From a virus (lineage: Duplodnaviria > Caudoviricetes), in the IMG/VR virus record IMGVR_UViG_3300033067_001449, positions 1-43,202 of that record: 43,202 nucleotides of DNA. One strand, given 5' to 3'. Made by a program: the position numbers and the translations under genes. This document shows positions 8,861 through 18,385 of the stretch, in pieces (position 1 is the first letter of the stretch; each line of letters starts with the position of its first letter). The notes below the pieces were generated by a model. The model was not told where the DNA came from, ran no database searches, and saw only the letters and a program-made list of their open reading frames with translations.

Positions 8861-10631
8861 CGAACTAGAACGGTTGCTACTCCGCTTCGAAGCTGATACG
8901 GCCGGCTTGCGCTCCGCGCTCCGCGATATGGATAGCGCCGTCGATAAGAGCGAGCGCAACGTTACCGCCAAGCTCTCCAAAATGGATCAAAAATTCGCAA
9001 GCCTAGGCAGCAGCGTTTCTAACTCACTGCGCAGTCTAGCAGCGGGATTTGCTGCGGCTGTTTCCGTATCCGCGCTTAATAATCTGATTGACAGCGGCGC
9101 GAAGCTGCAAAACGTCGCGGACACTGTAGGGCTTACGGTTGAAAAATACCAGCAACTCTCGTTCGCCGCGCGCGAAGCTGGCGTAGATCAGAGCCAATTC
9201 GACCAAGCTATGCTAAAGCTTGCGGCTTCGGTCAGCGAGGCGCGGGCGCAAACTGGCGGCTTCTATGAGTTCTTGCGCGGCCGCGCGCCCGATCTACTTA
9301 AGCAAATTCAAGGCTCTAAAGACCTTGCGGACGCTATGGGCTTCATTGCCAACAAAGTATCAGCGCTAGGCAGTGCCGAAGATCGGGCGCTAATCTCTAA
9401 GCAGGCGTTCGGAGAGGGCGCCGTGCTGATGACTAAGGCGCTCGAAGGCGGGCGTGCCGGCCTAGATGCGGCCGCGGCATCGGCTCACAAATTCGGTGCG
9501 GTAGCGAGCAATGAAAGCGTTAAGGCTGTAAAGGAATTGAACACGGAAATTGATAAGCTAGGCGCAACTATCAAGGCGACGCTGCTCGATAAGATGGGGC
9601 AGGCAATCCCCATTTTGAAAGACTTCGTAGGCGGGATTAACAAGGGACTCAACGACAAGGAAGGACAAGAGCGTTTTCGCCGCTCGCTGCTAGGCCTCGG
9701 TAGTGGCGGCGGAGCGGAAGCGGATTTGTTCTTCGGGCAGATGGCCGAGGCTCATGCGGCGGGCTGGAAGAAAGTTGAGGCGGAAGGCATCAAGGGCTGG
9801 ACGACGATAACGAAGCTACCCGAAAAGCTGCCGGTTGATCCGCGCAAATTTTTCCCGGGGATGGACGCCGTTGCAGCGCTTCGCCAGTCCGCCGCGGAAG
9901 CAAGCGGCCGTGATCTCGAAGCGGTGACGATGCAATACGAGCAAGAGCTAGTTAAATTCCAACGCATGCTGGACGATAAGATTTTGAGCGAAAAGCAATT
10001 CGCGGAAGCGCGCGCGTTGCTTGGCGAAACGATGCAGTCGAAAATCGCGCAAGTCTACGAGAAGGAAACGCAACAAGTCCGCGAGCTAGCTAACGAGTTT
10101 AAGAGCGGATTGGGCGGCGCCGTTAACAGCGTTTTCGACAGCATCATTCAAGGCTCGTTTAGGGCTTCCGATGCTATCCGCAATCTTGTGGCGGAAATGG
10201 CGAAGCTTGCGACTAACCGCGCAATCACGCAGCCGCTCATGGATTACTTGCTCGGCACGTCCGGAAAGGGCGGCGCGGTAACGGGCATGCTCTCGAGCGT
10301 ATTCGGCAACGGCGGCGGGGGCGGCGGCAATTGGCTAACGTCCGTAATTCCGCAAATGGCACACGGCGGGCCAATGACAACCGGGCGCCCGTATATCGCC
10401 GGCGAAGCAGGGCCGGAGCTCATTGTTCCGAATACCGCGGCGCAAGTCATGCCCGGTTGGGCAATGGGCGGCGGCGGCGGCGGCTCTACCGTCTACAATA
10501 TCGACGCTCGCAACGCTGACGCGGGCGTCGAGCAGCGCATCTATGCGACGCTTGCGCGCGTGGAACGCGAGCGCGCTAACCCTATCGCCGCCGCTCGCAC
10601 ATTCCAGCAACGCTTCCCGACAAGGCGCTAA
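8853..10631 (+). CDS. Tape measure protein
   Basis: Ala-rich helical 592 aa; C-terminal AHGGP...YIAGEAGPELIVP. Confidence 0.92.
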   Translation: MASELERLLLRFEADTAGLRSALRDMDSAVDKSERNVTAKLSKMDQKFASLGSSVSNSLRSLAAGFAAAVSVSALNNLIDSGAKLQNVADTVGLTVEKYQQLSFAAREAGVDQSQFDQAMLKLAASVSEARAQTGGFYEFLRGRAPDLLKQIQGSKDLADAMGFIANKVSALGSAEDRALISKQAFGEGAVLMTKALEGGRAGLDAAAASAHKFGAVASNESVKAVKELNTEIDKLGATIKATLLDKMGQAIPILKDFVGGINKGLNDKEGQERFRRSLLGLGSGGGAEADLFFGQMAEAHAAGWKKVEAEGIKGWTTITKLPEKLPVDPRKFFPGMDAVAALRQSAAEASGRDLEAVTMQYEQELVKFQRMLDDKILSEKQFAEARALLGETMQSKIAQVYEKETQQVRELANEFKSGLGGAVNSVFDSIIQGSFRASDAIRNLVAEMAKLATNRAITQPLMDYLLGTSGKGGAVTGMLSSVFGNGGGGGGNWLTSVIPQMAHGGPMTTGRPYIAGEAGPELIVPNTAAQVMPGWAMGGGGGGSTVYNIDARNADAGVEQRIYATLARVERERANPIAAARTFQQRFPTRR

Positions 10632-10634
10632 GCA

Positions 10635-11231
10635 ATGCCGCTAACGTCACTCTCTGCGACGTTCAAGATTGTAGAGCTTCGGCTTAGCATCGGCATGGCC
10701 GGCGACAACCCGCGCCGGCCTATGAACAAGTCGCGTAACCCCATGACGCCATACGCCGAAGTATGGCGCGGACAGATCGTTTTCGCCGCGGTCAATCAGG
10801 CGGATGCGTTTGCGCAACAAGCGGAGCTAGAAGCGTTTGACGGGCGCGTTACGGCGTTTGGCGTGACGCTTAAGCAGGGCTTCGCGACGCATAGCAATTC
10901 TTTCTCCGGTACGCTCGCTAGTGCAGCGGTAGCCGGCGCCGATGCGATCAGCGTAACGGCTACAGCAACGGCGTTGCTCGCGGGGACGCTCTTACAGATC
11001 GGCACTCCGGGCGATGCAAACTATCAGCTAGTCGAAGTGCTAGAGGACGTGACAGTAGGGGCGGCGACGACGGTACGCATTGCGCCGCGCATTCGCTATG
11101 CAATCGCGAGCTCTACGGCCGTAACGGGCGGCAACGTCACGGCCGCGCTTAAGCTTGTGAAAGACGAGCTAGACCACCGCTTTGCCATTCACAGCGGCTC
11201 TTTTACGGTTGACGTTATCGAGGCTCTGTAA
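10635..11231 (+). CDS. Distal-tail-like protein (paralog 1)
   Basis: Follows tape measure; shares motif layout with the next gene. Confidence 0.55.
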   Translation: MPLTSLSATFKIVELRLSIGMAGDNPRRPMNKSRNPMTPYAEVWRGQIVFAAVNQADAFAQQAELEAFDGRVTAFGVTLKQGFATHSNSFSGTLASAAVAGADAISVTATATALLAGTLLQIGTPGDANYQLVEVLEDVTVGAATTVRIAPRIRYAIASSTAVTGGNVTAALKLVKDELDHRFAIHSGSFTVDVIEAL

Positions 11232-11887
11232 TGCGTAAACGCTCTTGGCCTATTGCCGCGAAGTACACGGGCGAATTGCCGATAATCGAAGCGCATAGCC
11301 GCGGCGGTCAAGGCGCCTTCGGTCATTACAGCTTCGGCATTGGCGGCGGGGCGCGCGTCGTGTGGACTCTCAACGTTGTCCCTATGAATACAAGTGACGC
11401 GTTGAAGTTCCGTGCGTTCCTGCATTCGCTCCGCGGCAGCGGCGGAACGTTCGTCATAACCATGCCGGCGCCGGCGGTCGCGGGCGGGGCGGTAAGCGCC
11501 CCTACAGGTTACTCAGACTCGACGCTACACAGCGACGGCACGCCGTTTAGCGACTACATCGACACTTCCGTTATGACGGTTTCAGATGGCACAGTTGCCG
11601 CGGCGGCATCCGGCGCAACGTCTCTCGCGATTACAGGCTTCATGGCCGTAGCCGGCGCATGGATGACCGTAACGACGGCGGCGGGATTGCAGCTAGTCCG
11701 CGTCTCGAGCGTGTCAGGATCAACGGCGACAATCCGCCCCGCGTTGCGCGCGGCGGTCTCAGCCAGCGCCGCGGTGCGTCATGGTCCGGTTGACGGGACA
11801 TTCCGCTTGATTGGTAACGCTCCGGCCGTTCCGCTTATAGTCACGCGCTCCAAGGGTTTCAGCCTCGAGTGCGAGGAAGCTTATTAA
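11231..11887 (+). CDS. Distal-tail-like protein (paralog 2)
   Basis: FRAFLHSLRG..GTF and TIRPALRAA motifs. Confidence 0.6.
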   Translation: MRKRSWPIAAKYTGELPIIEAHSRGGQGAFGHYSFGIGGGARVVWTLNVVPMNTSDALKFRAFLHSLRGSGGTFVITMPAPAVAGGAVSAPTGYSDSTLHSDGTPFSDYIDTSVMTVSDGTVAAAASGATSLAITGFMAVAGAWMTVTTAAGLQLVRVSSVSGSTATIRPALRAAVSASAAVRHGPVDGTFRLIGNAPAVPLIVTRSKGFSLECEEAY

Positions 11888-13174
11888 ATGACGGCGCCAC
11901 CCGATGCACTTTTGACAGCGTTACGCACGGGCGTAGCGGCGCGGCATTTGTTCTTTTATTTAGACCACCCTAGCGGCGCCGTTCGCGTTTGGGATGGTAT
12001 CGGGGAAATGATCTTCGGCGGCAACACTTACCTAGGCGTTGGCGGGCTCGCGGCAATCGACGGGCTAAGCTTTTCGGCCGATCTTCAAAATCACTCGCCT
12101 TCCGTAACGCTCAATCGCGTTCCGCTTACGACGCTCCAAAGCAGCACAAGCAACGTGCGAGCTCGCACCGCTACAATCGCAGTCGGTTTTTACAATGAAG
12201 CCGGAACGCTCATTGCTAGCCGTACCCTTTTCACGGGGCAAGGCGACGTGCTGATTACGAAGATCACCGAAAACGAAGCGAGCGTTACGCTAAAGCTCCG
12301 CGGCAAAATGGCCGATTGGGCGCTCGCTCCGCGCGCTTACTACACGCCTAACGATCAAAAAACGTTGTACCCTAGCGTAAACGATAGCGGGCTCGATTAC
12401 ATTCGCTCGCTAGAGGACAAAAATATCTCCGGATGGCGCTCTACGATTGACACAAACAACGGCGACATAGCGCGCGTCAATATGTGCCTGTACGATACGG
12501 CTAACGCGCGCGTGATGCATTGCAACGGCCGCGGCGGCTTCGTCACTTTCGATAGCACGTCTCTATGGCGTCTCGCGACCGGCAACCGCACGGGCTTGTT
12601 GCTTAAAGAAAGCGCGACGACTGCGAACAACAGTCCTTCAATCGCGGAGCTAAAATTCGGGGGCAATAAAGCCTTTGTCGATAGCACGACAGGCGAAGGA
12701 CGCACGCCGGGTAACTCCACGATCTACCCCGACACGCTTACAGCTACGCAGAAGGTTATCCTTGCGGCCACTCAGGTTAACGGCGCGGCCGGCGCCGCAA
12801 CGTGCGATAAGGTAGCAAGCCAATATACAAATTCGCTTGGCCGCGTATTCGATCTTTTCAAATCGTCGGCGGGCACTTGCAGCCTTGCAACTCCGGACAC
12901 GTCCGGCGCAATCGTCAACAATGCTTTCGGGTATCTCATCCATTATTCAGGCGCGTTTTACGAAGGCGTCTCTGAATTGAGCAACGGAACTGCGATTGCA
13001 TACGTCGAAGATGTTACGAATACGGCCGTCACGATTAGCGGCCTAGGGCGTTTGCAAGTTGGCGGCGTTGACTGCAAAGTGTCTGCAACAGGCGTTGTTT
13101 TGTCATCCGGGCTTCGGCGCATTAAGCGTAGCGGCGGCTCGTCCACAACCGACTATCTGCGAATTTTCACTTGA
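11888..13174 (+). CDS. Tail hub/tip protein with C-terminal extension
   Basis: VRVWDGIG...YLGVG and YTPNDQ...DSGLDY motifs in the first ~190 aa. Confidence 0.6.
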   Translation: MTAPPDALLTALRTGVAARHLFFYLDHPSGAVRVWDGIGEMIFGGNTYLGVGGLAAIDGLSFSADLQNHSPSVTLNRVPLTTLQSSTSNVRARTATIAVGFYNEAGTLIASRTLFTGQGDVLITKITENEASVTLKLRGKMADWALAPRAYYTPNDQKTLYPSVNDSGLDYIRSLEDKNISGWRSTIDTNNGDIARVNMCLYDTANARVMHCNGRGGFVTFDSTSLWRLATGNRTGLLLKESATTANNSPSIAELKFGGNKAFVDSTTGEGRTPGNSTIYPDTLTATQKVILAATQVNGAAGAATCDKVASQYTNSLGRVFDLFKSSAGTCSLATPDTSGAIVNNAFGYLIHYSGAFYEGVSELSNGTAIAYVEDVTNTAVTISGLGRLQVGGVDCKVSATGVVLSSGLRRIKRSGGSSTTDYLRIFT

Positions 13175-13557
13175 TAGATTTTGCTGCATACCTCCGCGCT
13201 TGTTCAGTGCCCTATAGCGATAGCGATGCAAATTGCTTTGACGCTGCACTGGCAGCTTTCCCGGCTTCGCCAGTCGCGGCGGAGCTCGCGGCATGGTGGC
13301 GCGATACGCCGGCAGATACGCGAGCGCGGATTGCTCGAGGCGAATTGCAGCTAGACCTTGACGCCGTAGCGTGGCGCTTCGGCGCGAAGCCGTCCGAAGC
13401 ACCTACGGGGCGCGAGATTGGCTACGTTAAGCAGATCGAATGCGCCCCGCCAATCTTTGTTGTTGGCGCCCCGGGCGCTTGGTTTTGCCGCGGTAAGCGC
13501 CGCGCCGTCCGCCTTCCTCGCAACGTCCCGGTTGCCCGGGCTTGGAGCGTCGCCTAA
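13171..13557 (+). CDS. Tail tip assembly protein, degenerate NlpC/P60-like (DUF6950-like)
   Basis: PYSDSDANCF near N-terminus, RAWSV at C-terminus; synteny. Confidence 0.5.
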   Translation: MIDFAAYLRACSVPYSDSDANCFDAALAAFPASPVAAELAAWWRDTPADTRARIARGELQLDLDAVAWRFGAKPSEAPTGREIGYVKQIECAPPIFVVGAPGAWFCRGKRRAVRLPRNVPVARAWSVA

Positions 13558-14996
13558 TGGCCGAAGTAATCGTAGGTGCGGCAATCACGGCGGCGGCCGG
13601 CGCGGCTGGCATCGCAGCGGGCGTTACAACAATCTCAGCCGTCGCGCTATCGGTTGGAACGACGGTAGCCGCGGCGGGGCTCTCTTACGTCATGAAACCG
13701 GACCCGATTACAGGCACGCCGGCAGCGGCTACAGCGCTTGCGGCGCCGTCTAATGGACAGCGCTCGCTAGTCGTGCGGCAAGCCGTACCGGCGCGCCGTT
13801 TCGTCTACGGCTATTGCCGCACGGGCGGCGTGCTGTTCTTCGAAGATATCTCTAACCCGTTCCTAGTTCTTGGCGCGCTCCTGAGCGATCAGACAATCGA
13901 AAGCATAGAAGCGGTTTACTTCGGGGAATTGAATTTTCCGCTTGTCAACAATTCAGGAACGTATATTGCCCCGGTCGGTCACGCGTACCGCTCCTATTAC
14001 GGCTTGCGCAAATCATTGGGCGGCACGTCTCAAACGCGCGACGCGAAGCTCTACGAATACTTCCCTTATCTGGATGACACTTTCGTTCAGCACGACATTG
14101 CGCGCGCTGTTTCCATTATCGGTTACGGCGCCGATATCACGAACCACTCCGAATTGTGGGGCGGCTCGATTGAGCCCGTCTACCTCATCAAAGGCGTAAA
14201 AGTCTACGACCCGCGCGACGCTGCGCAAGTGTTCGCCACCCGCTCAACGTGGGTCTACAGCGACAACCCGGCGCTCTGCATTGCGCACGCGCTCACGAAC
14301 GTGTGGAGCACTTCGCTAGCATACGCCGATATCAACTGGAGTAGCGTAACGACTGCGGCTAACGTGTGCGATACGACGCTCAGTTATGCCGGCTCAACTG
14401 TCAAAACATTTACGCTCGCGGGCGTGTTCGAAGCTGGAACGGACGTAGCTAGCCAATTGGCGGCTATGCTTGGAGCAATGGGCGGCGCTATCACGTTTGA
14501 CGACGGCGTTTATAGCATCCACGCGGACGCCGCTAAAACGTCCGTTTGGACTGTGACAGATAACGATATCTTCGAAATCGGGGAGATTAAGCACGATATC
14601 GAGCTCGCGGACCTGTACGGCTCTATTAGTGCGGAGTACTTCGCCGCGGATGACGCGGGCAAGCAAAACATAACGCCAACGTATACGGTTGATAGCGCCG
14701 GCCGAAAAACGACTATCAGCGTTCCATTCGCCGCGGCGACGCATAGTGCGCAAATCCTCGCTTATCGCCAGTTAATCCGCGCTCGCACGGGCGGCGAATT
14801 TACAATCACGCTCTCAGACGCCGCGCTATGGCTTACGCCGTTTGCGGACCTTATTACGATCTCTAGCACGGCCATTCCTATCATTAACGGCGATTATGAA
14901 GTTGTTCAGATCGATTTGCAGCAATACGGCGCTGCGGTTAAACTCCGCGCCTATAACAGCGCGGTCTATGCCGCCCCGTCAGGGTATCTCGTCTAA
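13557..14996 (+). CDS. Central tail tip protein (gpJ-like)
   Basis: RRFVYG..RTGG, IKGVKVYDPR, YSDNPALC motifs. Confidence 0.8.
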   Translation: MAEVIVGAAITAAAGAAGIAAGVTTISAVALSVGTTVAAAGLSYVMKPDPITGTPAAATALAAPSNGQRSLVVRQAVPARRFVYGYCRTGGVLFFEDISNPFLVLGALLSDQTIESIEAVYFGELNFPLVNNSGTYIAPVGHAYRSYYGLRKSLGGTSQTRDAKLYEYFPYLDDTFVQHDIARAVSIIGYGADITNHSELWGGSIEPVYLIKGVKVYDPRDAAQVFATRSTWVYSDNPALCIAHALTNVWSTSLAYADINWSSVTTAANVCDTTLSYAGSTVKTFTLAGVFEAGTDVASQLAAMLGAMGGAITFDDGVYSIHADAAKTSVWTVTDNDIFEIGEIKHDIELADLYGSISAEYFAADDAGKQNITPTYTVDSAGRKTTISVPFAAATHSAQILAYRQLIRARTGGEFTITLSDAALWLTPFADLITISSTAIPIINGDYEVVQIDLQQYGAAVKLRAYNSAVYAAPSGYLV

Positions 14997-16009
14997 TGGC
15001 TTCGATGAAATGGGCTAGCTCATGGGTTGACGCGGTAGCGCCGATTAAGTCGAATATCCGCGCGCTGTTCCGCGATGAAGTCGCAAGCTATCAGACGCTA
15101 GCGGAGTTGCAGGCTAACACTCTCGCGGCTACGCGTCTCGTATTAGTTGGCGGCGTTCCGTTCCTCCTAGACGCCGCGGACGTTACGAGCTCCGATAACG
15201 GTTTCAATATCGTAGTATCAGCGGACGGCTACCGATATAAAATGGTAACGGGTTTCCGCGAGAAACTAACGGCTAACCGCAATTACTATGTTAACCCGTC
15301 CGGCAGCAATAGTAGCGACGGGCTAGTGGCGGGGCGCGCCTTTCTGACTTTGCAGAAAGCGATTGACGTAGTAGCCGCGCTGGATATGTCAATCTATAGC
15401 GTAACAATTAACGTAGCGGCCGGAACATACACGGCAGGCGCTACAGTCTCAGCGCCGTTCCTAGGCACCGGGACCGTAACAATTCTTGGTAGCACGGGCT
15501 CAACTAGCAGCTATATAGTTTCTACAGCCGGCATTTGCATATCAGTTTCTAACGGCGCGCGATTGAGTGTAAGCGGGTTACAGCTCGCCTCGTCGGGTAG
15601 TTCGTGCCTGCTCGCCGCTAACGGAGGCGCTATAACCATCGCCGGCAATTGCAACCTAGGCGCCGCTGGCGGATATCATATGTACTGCGACGGCGGCACT
15701 ATAACCGCATCGGCTAATTATTCGATTGTAGGCGCCGCGTTCGCGCATTGGTACGTATCGGGCGGGCGTATCTCAGCCTATGCGAGAACCGTAACAAACA
15801 CGGGAACGAACGCGTTTTCGTATTTTGCATGGGCCGATATGACGGGCGTAATATTCTGCCCGCTCGGCACAATCGGCTCGGGCGGTACGATTACAGGGAC
15901 GCGCTACCTCGCTACAGGTAACGGCGTTATCAACACGGGCGGCGGCGGCGCGTCGTACTTGCCTGGTAACGCCGCAGGCTCCACTAGCACGGGCGGGCAA
16001 TATGTTTAA
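14996..16009 (+). CDS. Tail fibre / receptor-binding protein with beta-helix
   Basis: YYVNPSGSNSSDG...AFLTLQKAID...INVAAGTY followed by G/S/T-rich beta repeats. Confidence 0.75.
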   Translation: MASMKWASSWVDAVAPIKSNIRALFRDEVASYQTLAELQANTLAATRLVLVGGVPFLLDAADVTSSDNGFNIVVSADGYRYKMVTGFREKLTANRNYYVNPSGSNSSDGLVAGRAFLTLQKAIDVVAALDMSIYSVTINVAAGTYTAGATVSAPFLGTGTVTILGSTGSTSSYIVSTAGICISVSNGARLSVSGLQLASSGSSCLLAANGGAITIAGNCNLGAAGGYHMYCDGGTITASANYSIVGAAFAHWYVSGGRISAYARTVTNTGTNAFSYFAWADMTGVIFCPLGTIGSGGTITGTRYLATGNGVINTGGGGASYLPGNAAGSTSTGGQYV

Positions 16010-16424
16010 TTTCATCGCGTCCGATCATTATTGGCACATCGCTGGCGATACGTCGCGAGCATGGTCTAGCGCAGCAAAAAGATACGTCTCCGATTGGCCG
16101 GAGGACTGCGTTACGGCCATCGCCAGCGAAGCGGAGCTTCGCGAAGTTTTAGCGAATGCAGGTATACCGGCCGCGGCGCCGGGGTATGTGCCCCAATCCG
16201 TCTATATGTGGCAAGCCAAGCTAGCACTCGCGGCTAATGGGAAACTAGATAGCGCTGACGCCGCGATTGAGGCGGCCGGCAATCCGGGTCTACTGCTCGC
16301 GTGGAATTTTGCCCCTGAAATAAGCCGTGGTAGCGCGGCCGTTACGGCGATTGGCGCGATTATCGGCCTTGATGCTAAAGCTATTGAAGCTTTGTTTATT
16401 CAGGCGGCAACGTACAAGGTTTAA
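16002..16424 (+). CDS. Tail fibre-associated protein
   Basis: VPQSVYMWQAKLAL, AWNFA.EISR, LFIQAA; coupled to fibre gene. Confidence 0.55.
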   Translation: MFNFIASDHYWHIAGDTSRAWSSAAKRYVSDWPEDCVTAIASEAELREVLANAGIPAAAPGYVPQSVYMWQAKLALAANGKLDSADAAIEAAGNPGLLLAWNFAPEISRGSAAVTAIGAIIGLDAKAIEALFIQAATYKV

Positions 16425-16427
16425 CAG

Positions 16428-17669
16428 ATGGCCGGCTTTTCCTCATTCCGCGATCACTTCGCCGCGGAAGCCCAATCTGTGTTTGGGGAAACCGCTGTTC
16501 CTATTGTGTTTGCGCTCGCTACTAACGGCGTGATGCTAACGTTCTCCGGCTTTATCTCCGCTATATCAGAATATCTCGTCTTATTCGGTCACGTACTAGC
16601 ATTCGGCACTGCCGCATGGGCGGCTTATGCAACTTGGAAAGCTAGCCGGAGCGGCAACGGCTCCAAGATGGACGCCGCTAAAGCGGCCGGTACAGCGGCC
16701 GCGGCCGCGTCTAAGGCTTCGCCTTACGTGCTCATCCTTACGCTTATCACTCTTGGCGGCTACCTCCTGTACTCGGTCATTTCATCGCGCCGCGTAGACG
16801 CCGCGCCTCTCGCTATCATGGCGGCACCGGCGGCTAAGACACGCAAGAAAAAGACCGACGACGACGCGGGCGGCGACGACGTAGAGGCGGCGGAGGTACC
16901 GGACGGTGCGCCTAAATGGATGGTGAGCGCTTACGAGCTCCTAGGCGTTTCGGAGCGCACTAGCCGCGGCGGCTCTAATCCCGTCGTGTCTGCCATGTTT
17001 GAATATACGCAGCTAGGCGCGAAGGTTGACGCTCGAAAAGTGCCTTGGTGCGCCGCGTTCGTAAACGCCATGCTAGAGCGCAACGGCTATCCCGGCACCA
17101 AGTCCGCTATGGCGCGTAGCTTCCTTAAGTGGGGCGTCGGCCTAGAGGCACCGCGCCCCGGCTGCATTGTCGTCATTTGGCGCGGCGAGTACGACAACGG
17201 CGAAAACGGACACGTCTTTTTTTACACGCGCGAAGATGCGCTTTACGTCTACGGCGTCGGCGGTAATCAAGGCGACGCAGTTAGCGAAGCGAAATTCCAC
17301 AAGTCCAAAGTGCTAGGCTATAGATGGCCTCGCAAGGCTATCGCTAGCAGGACTAACATCGGCGTTGCGGTTGCCGGGACCGCGACAACAGGCGCAGTCG
17401 CCATTAACGCCGCGCAAGAACTCTTGCCCGCCCCGGCCGCGGAGAATGTCGCCAAGGTTGGCGAAGTTGCCACGAAGGCGGGCGAAGGCGCGGCTAAGGC
17501 TGGCGAAGTACTCGCTAAGGCGCAAGAGCCCTTGCAGAAAGCCGCGGACGCTTTGCAGGGAACGAGGATCGCAAAATATCTCGTTATCGGTCTTAGCGTT
17601 GTTACGATTGCAGGGCTCGTGCTCGCCTATATCGGCCGGCGCGCTATCCGTAACGAGCACGGCATATAA
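16428..17669 (+). CDS. Membrane-anchored endolysin (TIGR02594/NlpC-P60-type) with N- and C-terminal hydrophobic segments
   Basis: PWCAAFVN, ARSFLKWG, GHVFFY, GGNQ motifs flanked by several hydrophobic helices. Confidence 0.8.
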   Translation: MAGFSSFRDHFAAEAQSVFGETAVPIVFALATNGVMLTFSGFISAISEYLVLFGHVLAFGTAAWAAYATWKASRSGNGSKMDAAKAAGTAAAAASKASPYVLILTLITLGGYLLYSVISSRRVDAAPLAIMAAPAAKTRKKKTDDDAGGDDVEAAEVPDGAPKWMVSAYELLGVSERTSRGGSNPVVSAMFEYTQLGAKVDARKVPWCAAFVNAMLERNGYPGTKSAMARSFLKWGVGLEAPRPGCIVVIWRGEYDNGENGHVFFYTREDALYVYGVGGNQGDAVSEAKFHKSKVLGYRWPRKAIASRTNIGVAVAGTATTGAVAINAAQELLPAPAAENVAKVGEVATKAGEGAAKAGEVLAKAQEPLQKAADALQGTRIAKYLVIGLSVVTIAGLVLAYIGRRAIRNEHGI

Positions 17670-17713
17670 GCGCGCGATTTGCGGCGCCTCTTATATTGCG
17701 TCACCTTGCAACT

Positions 17714-17809
17714 ATGTTGCGCGATCCTCAATTGCTGAATGTTTTGATTATCTCGGTTGGCGGGCTGGTCTTGCTCGCCGGCTTTTTTAGCGCGGATTAC
17801 GATCAATGA
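17714..17809 (+). CDS. 31-aa single-TM micropeptide in lysis cassette
   Basis: MLRDPQLLNVLIISVGGLVLLAGFFSADYDQ; TGA overlaps the spanin ATG (ATGA 17806-17809). Confidence 0.5.
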   Translation: MLRDPQLLNVLIISVGGLVLLAGFFSADYDQ

Positions 17810-18174
17810 TTAGCGCGGCACTGCTTGCACTGCGCACTGGCGCGGGCGTCTTACTAGGCGGCATCGGGCTTAATTGGCTTTGGTATGCCGGCGTAGCCGC
17901 GGCTGCGGGCGCTGCGATGTATTTCATGGCGGCGACATTCCACCTTGTCCGCGAGAATGCAACGCTCAAAGCGACGGTTGAGACATACGCCGCGGCGGCT
18001 CGCGCGCAAGCCGTCGCAAACGATCTCGAAGAAAAAGCAGCGGTAGACGCCGCGACAGCGGAAACGAATAACACGCGGGTACTGGAAGGCTGGCATGGCA
18101 CAATCATTGAAGCTCCAGGCGTTGCTGGCTGCGTCGCTGGCGATACTCTCGACCGGCTGCGCAAACTCCAATAG
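17806..18174 (+). CDS. Inner-membrane spanin (Rz-like)
   Basis: N-terminal TM, Ala-rich coiled coil, C-terminal Cys; overlaps lipoprotein gene. Confidence 0.7.
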   Translation: MISAALLALRTGAGVLLGGIGLNWLWYAGVAAAAGAAMYFMAATFHLVRENATLKATVETYAAAARAQAVANDLEEKAAVDAATAETNNTRVLEGWHGTIIEAPGVAGCVAGDTLDRLRKLQ

Positions 18175-18385
18175 CCCGCCGCCCGTCAACGTCGCTCCGC
18201 CCATGCCGGCTCGCATTGTCGCCGAAGCTAACCGCGCGCCCGTCGCTATCCCGGCCGGTAAGACGTTGGACAATAAGCAGGCGGCTACGCTGCTAGTTGA
18301 TATGCGCAAGTCGGAATTGCGCTTCAAGCGTGCGGCTAAGCAAGCCGTCGCACATAGCCGCGCCGCGGCCGTCAAGGGGAAGTGA
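18095..18385 (+). CDS. Outer-membrane spanin lipoprotein (Rz1-like)
   Basis: Signal peptide with lipobox LSTGC, Pro-rich mature part, overlaps Rz-like gene in another frame. Confidence 0.75.
   Translation: MAQSLKLQALLAASLAILSTGCANSNSPPPVNVAPPMPARIVAEANRAPVAIPAGKTLDNKQAATLLVDMRKSELRFKRAAKQAVAHSRAAAVKGK

Noticed and set aside
14996-16424. Diversity-generating retroelement or invertible tail-fibre cassette
   Set aside because: No reverse transcriptase, no TR/VR pair noticed, and the only serine-recombinase-like gene lacks its catalytic motif
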